From NCBI GenBank assembly GCA_937888735.1, contig CALASN010000008.1, forward strand, positions 1 through 52,835: DNA of 52,835 nucleotides, read 5' to 3'. A model generated the notes under the pieces. The model ran no database searches and had not been told where the DNA came from. It saw nothing but the letters and a program-made list of their open reading frames with translations. A program made the translations under genes and the position numbers. Below are positions 49,238 to 52,835 of the stretch, in pieces. This DNA is from an uncultured Bacillota bacterium (GTDB lineage: Bacteria; Bacillota; DTU084). The first letter of the stretch is position 1. Each line of letters opens with the position of its first letter.

Positions 49238-49254
49238 AGGCCCTCAACTTTTTT

Positions 49255-49641
49255 TCACTTCTCAATTGTTCTGGCAGATGATAAATCCGGATAACGTTTT
49301 AGGTCGTGATATTCAAATAACGTTTGGACTTTATAATCGCTTTCCAGCGTCATATCCCGTGTAAATAAGGTATATTATTCTTATAAATCTGATATTTTTT
49401 TACGAGGCGGCGCCTCGTTTACGATCCCCAAATCAACTTCTCTTTTGCGGGCTTCCGTTAAGCTCACCTTCCTTTCAAGATATACTCCAGGCTCCATCTT
49501 TTTCTCCAAGTAGATTGCGCTATCTATGTCACTGTCCGCTCTAAGGTTGCCGTGAGCATACGAGCCGAAAATATAAGCAAAGCCAATATCCTGATCCCAA
49601 AGCAATATTTCCCTGCATCTGGCGACAATATCCATCCCCAA
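49255..49641 (-). pseudogene. Minimal nucleotidyltransferase (MntA-like antitoxin), frameshifted
   Basis: YIFGSYAHG...SDIDSAI and EVDL..VNEAPP; the C-terminus continues in other frames (KYQIYKN, then LFTRD...LFEYHDLKRY) to TGA at 49255. Confidence 0.75.
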
Positions 49642-49656
49642 TATTCCCTAACATAG

Positions 49657-50373
49657 TTAATCAGGGTAATCAATGTGTGCCTTTCTAGCCTGTGAATGTT
49701 GAAATCTTCGTGAAATCCAATAAACTTTTCCGCCTTTCTCAAAGCGTGCTCCCGTCTGCTTAAAAAAGAAGTGCACCCCTGCCCGCACGCACTGCTCGCG
49801 AAGAGCCAGCACCCACTCATACCTGCAAAGCCTGGCGCCATTTCCAGATTCTCCGCCCACCGTCACTCCCTCGATTTCACAGGTAAGGTAAGAGGACAGG
49901 TCTAGCGCTTCCAAAAGCGGTTCGCAGATGATGCTTTTATGCCTAATCGGCTCTGCCAGCAAAATTGGCAGCCGCGAGTCGGCGCGATCCTGATTCTCTG
50001 CCGTGCAGCAAATGGTAACATTCTCATAGCCGCCTCCCCAATCGTCGGGCAGCCCCACATGAAAGCGATGGATTCGCTTTGTGACAATGAAAAAACGCAA
50101 ATCCGCCCGGTCGCGAATCATCCGCCAGATTTCCGGTCGCCATTCGTCGGCTTCCTCAATGAAAAAGTCGGAAGAAAAACAGGTGTAGACCGTTTCAGTC
50201 CCACTGAGCTTATATGCGCCGGCCCTGTCGCGCTTCAAAGGGAGATTAAAGTCGCCCGTCTTGGAGACAAGCGAACTGTCCTTGCCGTGACGCGCGTCAA
50301 TCCTGTAGACGTAACAATTCTGGCAGCCGGGACTGATTTTCCGGCACCCGTGCCATGGGTTCCAAGTGGGCAT
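49657..50373 (-). CDS. DUF5131 (phage Gp37/Gp68-like) three-Cys Fe-S protein
   Basis: WNPWHGCRKISPGCQNCY, SDFF, VTKR, EPLL, VGGESG, FFFKQ. Confidence 0.88.
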   Translation of the reverse strand: MPTWNPWHGCRKISPGCQNCYVYRIDARHGKDSSLVSKTGDFNLPLKRDRAGAYKLSGTETVYTCFSSDFFIEEADEWRPEIWRMIRDRADLRFFIVTKRIHRFHVGLPDDWGGGYENVTICCTAENQDRADSRLPILLAEPIRHKSIICEPLLEALDLSSYLTCEIEGVTVGGESGNGARLCRYEWVLALREQCVRAGVHFFFKQTGARFEKGGKVYWISRRFQHSQARKAHIDYPD

Positions 50374-50387
50374 CTTCCTCTCCTCCC

Positions 50388-52460
50388 CTACTTACAAAAT
50401 TCAAGCGGGCAAAAAGCTTTGGCAAAGATTTTCACGCCATACGCGCCAAAGGAGACGGTTATGGTATCTTCATCTTCCGCCTCAACGAAACCCACACCGT
50501 ATTTCGGGTGAGCCACTTTTCTCTTCACGTTTTCGTTTGGAGCGTTAGCTTTAGCCGCCGGCTGTAAGGCCAAGGGATCTGCCAGCTCCGCTTTACGATT
50601 TTCCAAGATCGAGCGGCGATATGCCTGCAAGTCTGCATGTCCCGAAGCAGCGGCATCTTTAACAAGCAAATGCTCGGGGATCATGGAAAGATAGCCGCTC
50701 TCTCCGGGCAGGACGCGAGGATTGCCTGGATTCGTATAATATGAAAGTTCCAGATAATCCCTAGCCCTCGTGATCCCGACAAAGAACAGACGCTTTTCTT
50801 CCTCCAGGTCGCGCCGACCGCGGTCTTTGTCAGCACGCAATGGGATCAAGCCGTAGTTGACGCCGATGATGAAAACATATCGAAATTCCAGACCTTTGCA
50901 TGAATGAAGCGTCATCAGCTTAATCGCATCTGCAGACTGCTCCGCTTCCGCAAAGAAATTTGTTCCGTAAAGCGCCGCTGAATTAAGAAAACCCCTCAAA
51001 CCGGACAAGAAATCCTGAGCGCTTTTCACCAGATATTCCTCAAATTTGTCGAGGAAAGCGAGAAGATAATCCTTATTCTCCTGAAAAGAAACGGAAGTGG
51101 GCGCGAGATAGCCGTCCAGTCCAAAATAGTCGTAGATTTCTCCTGCCGCTTTGCCGCTCTTCGCCCAGTGGGAAAAATTCCTGGCTTTGGAATAAAGGAC
51201 AGAGCCGCGGCCGGTAGCCAGCGCCTCTCGAACCTGCCTTTGGGTCAGCCCTTCTCCGAACTGATGATCCATAAGTACCCAGTAGAGGCTATTCCGATCT
51301 GCCTGGTTGACGGAAGCGCTCAAAAGATGAAAGAGCCATTGTAAAGGCGGCAGATCCTTCAGCGTTTTGCGCACCGACACCGTAAAGGGAATCCCTTTGC
51401 GACGAAAGGCTTCCTCCAGCGTTTCGGACTGCCTGCGCATTCGATAAAACACGGCAATCTCCTGCCACGGAGCTCCGGCTTCATGCAGCCGCGCCATTTT
51501 ATCCGCCAGATAGTCAGCTTCCTGAAAGGGGTTGTAATGATTTCGAACGACAATGCCGGAGCCCGGCTCGCGGACCCCGGTCAATTCGCAGCGCTCCTCA
51601 AGGAAACATTTAGCCGCATCCAATATCGTAGCGCTTGAGCGATAATTGAGAGATAAAGAAAATTCTTTGGCCTGGCATTCTCGTTTGAATTTTGCAAAAA
51701 CATTCTGGCTGCCGCCGCGCCAACTGTAAATTATCTGATTGGGGTCCCCCACGGCAAAAAGTCTCGTCGCCTCCGAAGCCAGGGCTTGGATCAGAGCCAG
51801 CTGAGAACCGTCACAGTCTTGAAACTCGTCGATAATGATCCATTTGGGGGACCAGTCCCCCTTTTTCAGCAAGCGCGTGGCATTGTAAATCAGGTCGTCA
51901 AAATCCATTTGATTTTGCCGTTTTTTTTCCAGCGCAATGAAATCGCATAACCTGCCGATATCGTCTTCCAGTTTCATAACGCCGTAAAGCGTCTGGCCAG
52001 ACCGATATGCTTCCAAGCGTTTTGTCAATTTCTTTTGGTATTTGATCCGCAGTCCGTGTTCCGCGATCAGCCTTTCGGCCATTTCCACTTCTTCGTCGGG
52101 AGCCAGAACGGAAAAATCCGCAGTATACCCGAGTTCTGCAACCGGAAGGATAGTTTGCAGCATCTTCATGGCCACGCTGTGAAAAGTCCCAAACCATGGC
52201 ATATCTTCATCGCCGGCGTCTGGATCAGCTGCGATCATCCTGTTTTTGATTTCGCTCGCTGCCTTATTGGTAAAAGTGAGCACAACCATATCAGCTAGCG
52301 GAATCTGCCGCTGAAGATGCTGATACAAAACTTTGGCGATCAGGACCGTCGTCTTTCCGCTCCCCACATTGGCGTTCACGAGAGCAGCTCGACTTTCATC
52401 CAGCACAGCCTGGCTCTGCTCTGCATTCAATTTTTGCAAAAGATTATCTATTTGGCTCAA
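50388..52460 (-). CDS. UvrD/PcrA-like superfamily 1A ATP-dependent helicase
   Basis: LNAEQ, ANVGSGKTT, LTFTNKAA, GTFHS, IDEFQD, VGDPNQIIYSWRG, NYRS, TLHSCKGLEF, EEKRLFFVGITRA; C-terminal Tudor-like HPKYGVG. Confidence 0.93.
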   Translation of the reverse strand: MSQIDNLLQKLNAEQSQAVLDESRAALVNANVGSGKTTVLIAKVLYQHLQRQIPLADMVVLTFTNKAASEIKNRMIAADPDAGDEDMPWFGTFHSVAMKMLQTILPVAELGYTADFSVLAPDEEVEMAERLIAEHGLRIKYQKKLTKRLEAYRSGQTLYGVMKLEDDIGRLCDFIALEKKRQNQMDFDDLIYNATRLLKKGDWSPKWIIIDEFQDCDGSQLALIQALASEATRLFAVGDPNQIIYSWRGGSQNVFAKFKRECQAKEFSLSLNYRSSATILDAAKCFLEERCELTGVREPGSGIVVRNHYNPFQEADYLADKMARLHEAGAPWQEIAVFYRMRRQSETLEEAFRRKGIPFTVSVRKTLKDLPPLQWLFHLLSASVNQADRNSLYWVLMDHQFGEGLTQRQVREALATGRGSVLYSKARNFSHWAKSGKAAGEIYDYFGLDGYLAPTSVSFQENKDYLLAFLDKFEEYLVKSAQDFLSGLRGFLNSAALYGTNFFAEAEQSADAIKLMTLHSCKGLEFRYVFIIGVNYGLIPLRADKDRGRRDLEEEKRLFFVGITRARDYLELSYYTNPGNPRVLPGESGYLSMIPEHLLVKDAAASGHADLQAYRRSILENRKAELADPLALQPAAKANAPNENVKRKVAHPKYGVGFVEAEDEDTITVSFGAYGVKIFAKAFCPLEFCK

Positions 52461-52835
52461 TTATTTCTCCTACCTGTTAGATCCGTATACATCTTTGCAA
52501 TTTTTGCATTAGCTTGGGCGTCGCCTTCCTCGGGGCACTGGTAGTCAATGTGAAAAGAGGAAGGCGTCGCCACATACTGCCGAATCAAATTCCGGAGGCT
52601 CACACGGTTCTCCTCGTCCGTCAGCCAGTCTCTGTAAAATCCATTTTGCAGCTGCAGGATGAGACGACTGCCTTGAACTTCAACCGCCGGAATGCCGGCC
52701 AAGAAACGGCTCAGATATTCGCTGGTGGAGAGGATAAAAGCGCGGAACTCATCCCACCGTTCGGGCAGGGACTCTAGCTGAAATCTACCCTGAAAATAAA
52801 ACATCTTAAAAGGGCAATAAGAAACCAGACCGACA
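52457..52835 (-). CDS. C-terminal part of a hypothetical protein running off the window
   Basis: The frame stays open to the window edge (VGLVSYCPFKMFY...); its stop overlaps the helicase start. Confidence 0.6.
   Translation of the reverse strand, partial: VGLVSYCPFKMFYFQGRFQLESLPERWDEFRAFILSTSEYLSRFLAGIPAVEVQGSRLILQLQNGFYRDWLTDEENRVSLRNLIRQYVATPSSFHIDYQCPEEGDAQANAKIAKMYTDLTGRRNN

Noticed and set aside
48891-49364. Short ORFs 48891-49079 (-) and 49140-49364 (+)
   Set aside because: They overlap the porin leader or lie antisense to the MNT/HEPN remnant, with no coding signals
50388-52460. Gabija GajB assignment
   Set aside because: Full-length PcrA-like layout with a C-terminal Tudor-like domain, and no visible GajA/OLD nuclease motifs within the window
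1-52835. CRISPR array, tRNA, rRNA, intact transposase or integrase
   Set aside because: None recognised by eye; short or diverged RNAs could have been missed

Overview
Bacterial chromosomal window with almost all genes on the minus strand. Strong AGGAGG ribosome-binding sites, consensus sigma-A promoters and several secreted proteins ending in an outer-membrane-type aromatic residue suggest a diderm Bacillota (Firmicutes); this taxonomy is inference. From left to right: (1) an arginase-family gene and an orphan Dam-type methyltransferase; (2) a LacI-headed polysaccharide locus (about 1.7-19 kb) with a sugar-binding protein, a GH50-like glycosidase, a 1264-aa Ig-rich protein with a T9SS/FlgD-Ig-like C-terminal domain, a PorV/PorQ-like barrel, two paralogous ~770-aa putative beta-barrels, a GH130 enzyme and a GH63-like pseudogene; (3) a tightly coupled kdgK-eda-lacI operon with an unusual redox trio (DHOD/PreA-like, SdhA-like flavoprotein, DUF362-TIM fusion), dehydrogenases, a decayed heparinase II/III-like gene, DUF2264, ThuA and two large unknowns; (4) Rrf2, a PAS-GGDEF-HD-GYP gene and a cheA-W-MCP-R-B(pseudo)-D operon; (5) a porin-like gene, a decayed MNT/HEPN toxin-antitoxin pair, DUF5131, a UvrD-like helicase and a partial CDS. 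An exact 20-bp direct repeat (36-55 and 37790-37809) brackets blocks 1-3. The best candidate for a new system is the T9SS-like cargo + PorV-like + twin-barrel module inside the sugar locus. All family assignments come from motif recognition by eye; no searches were run.
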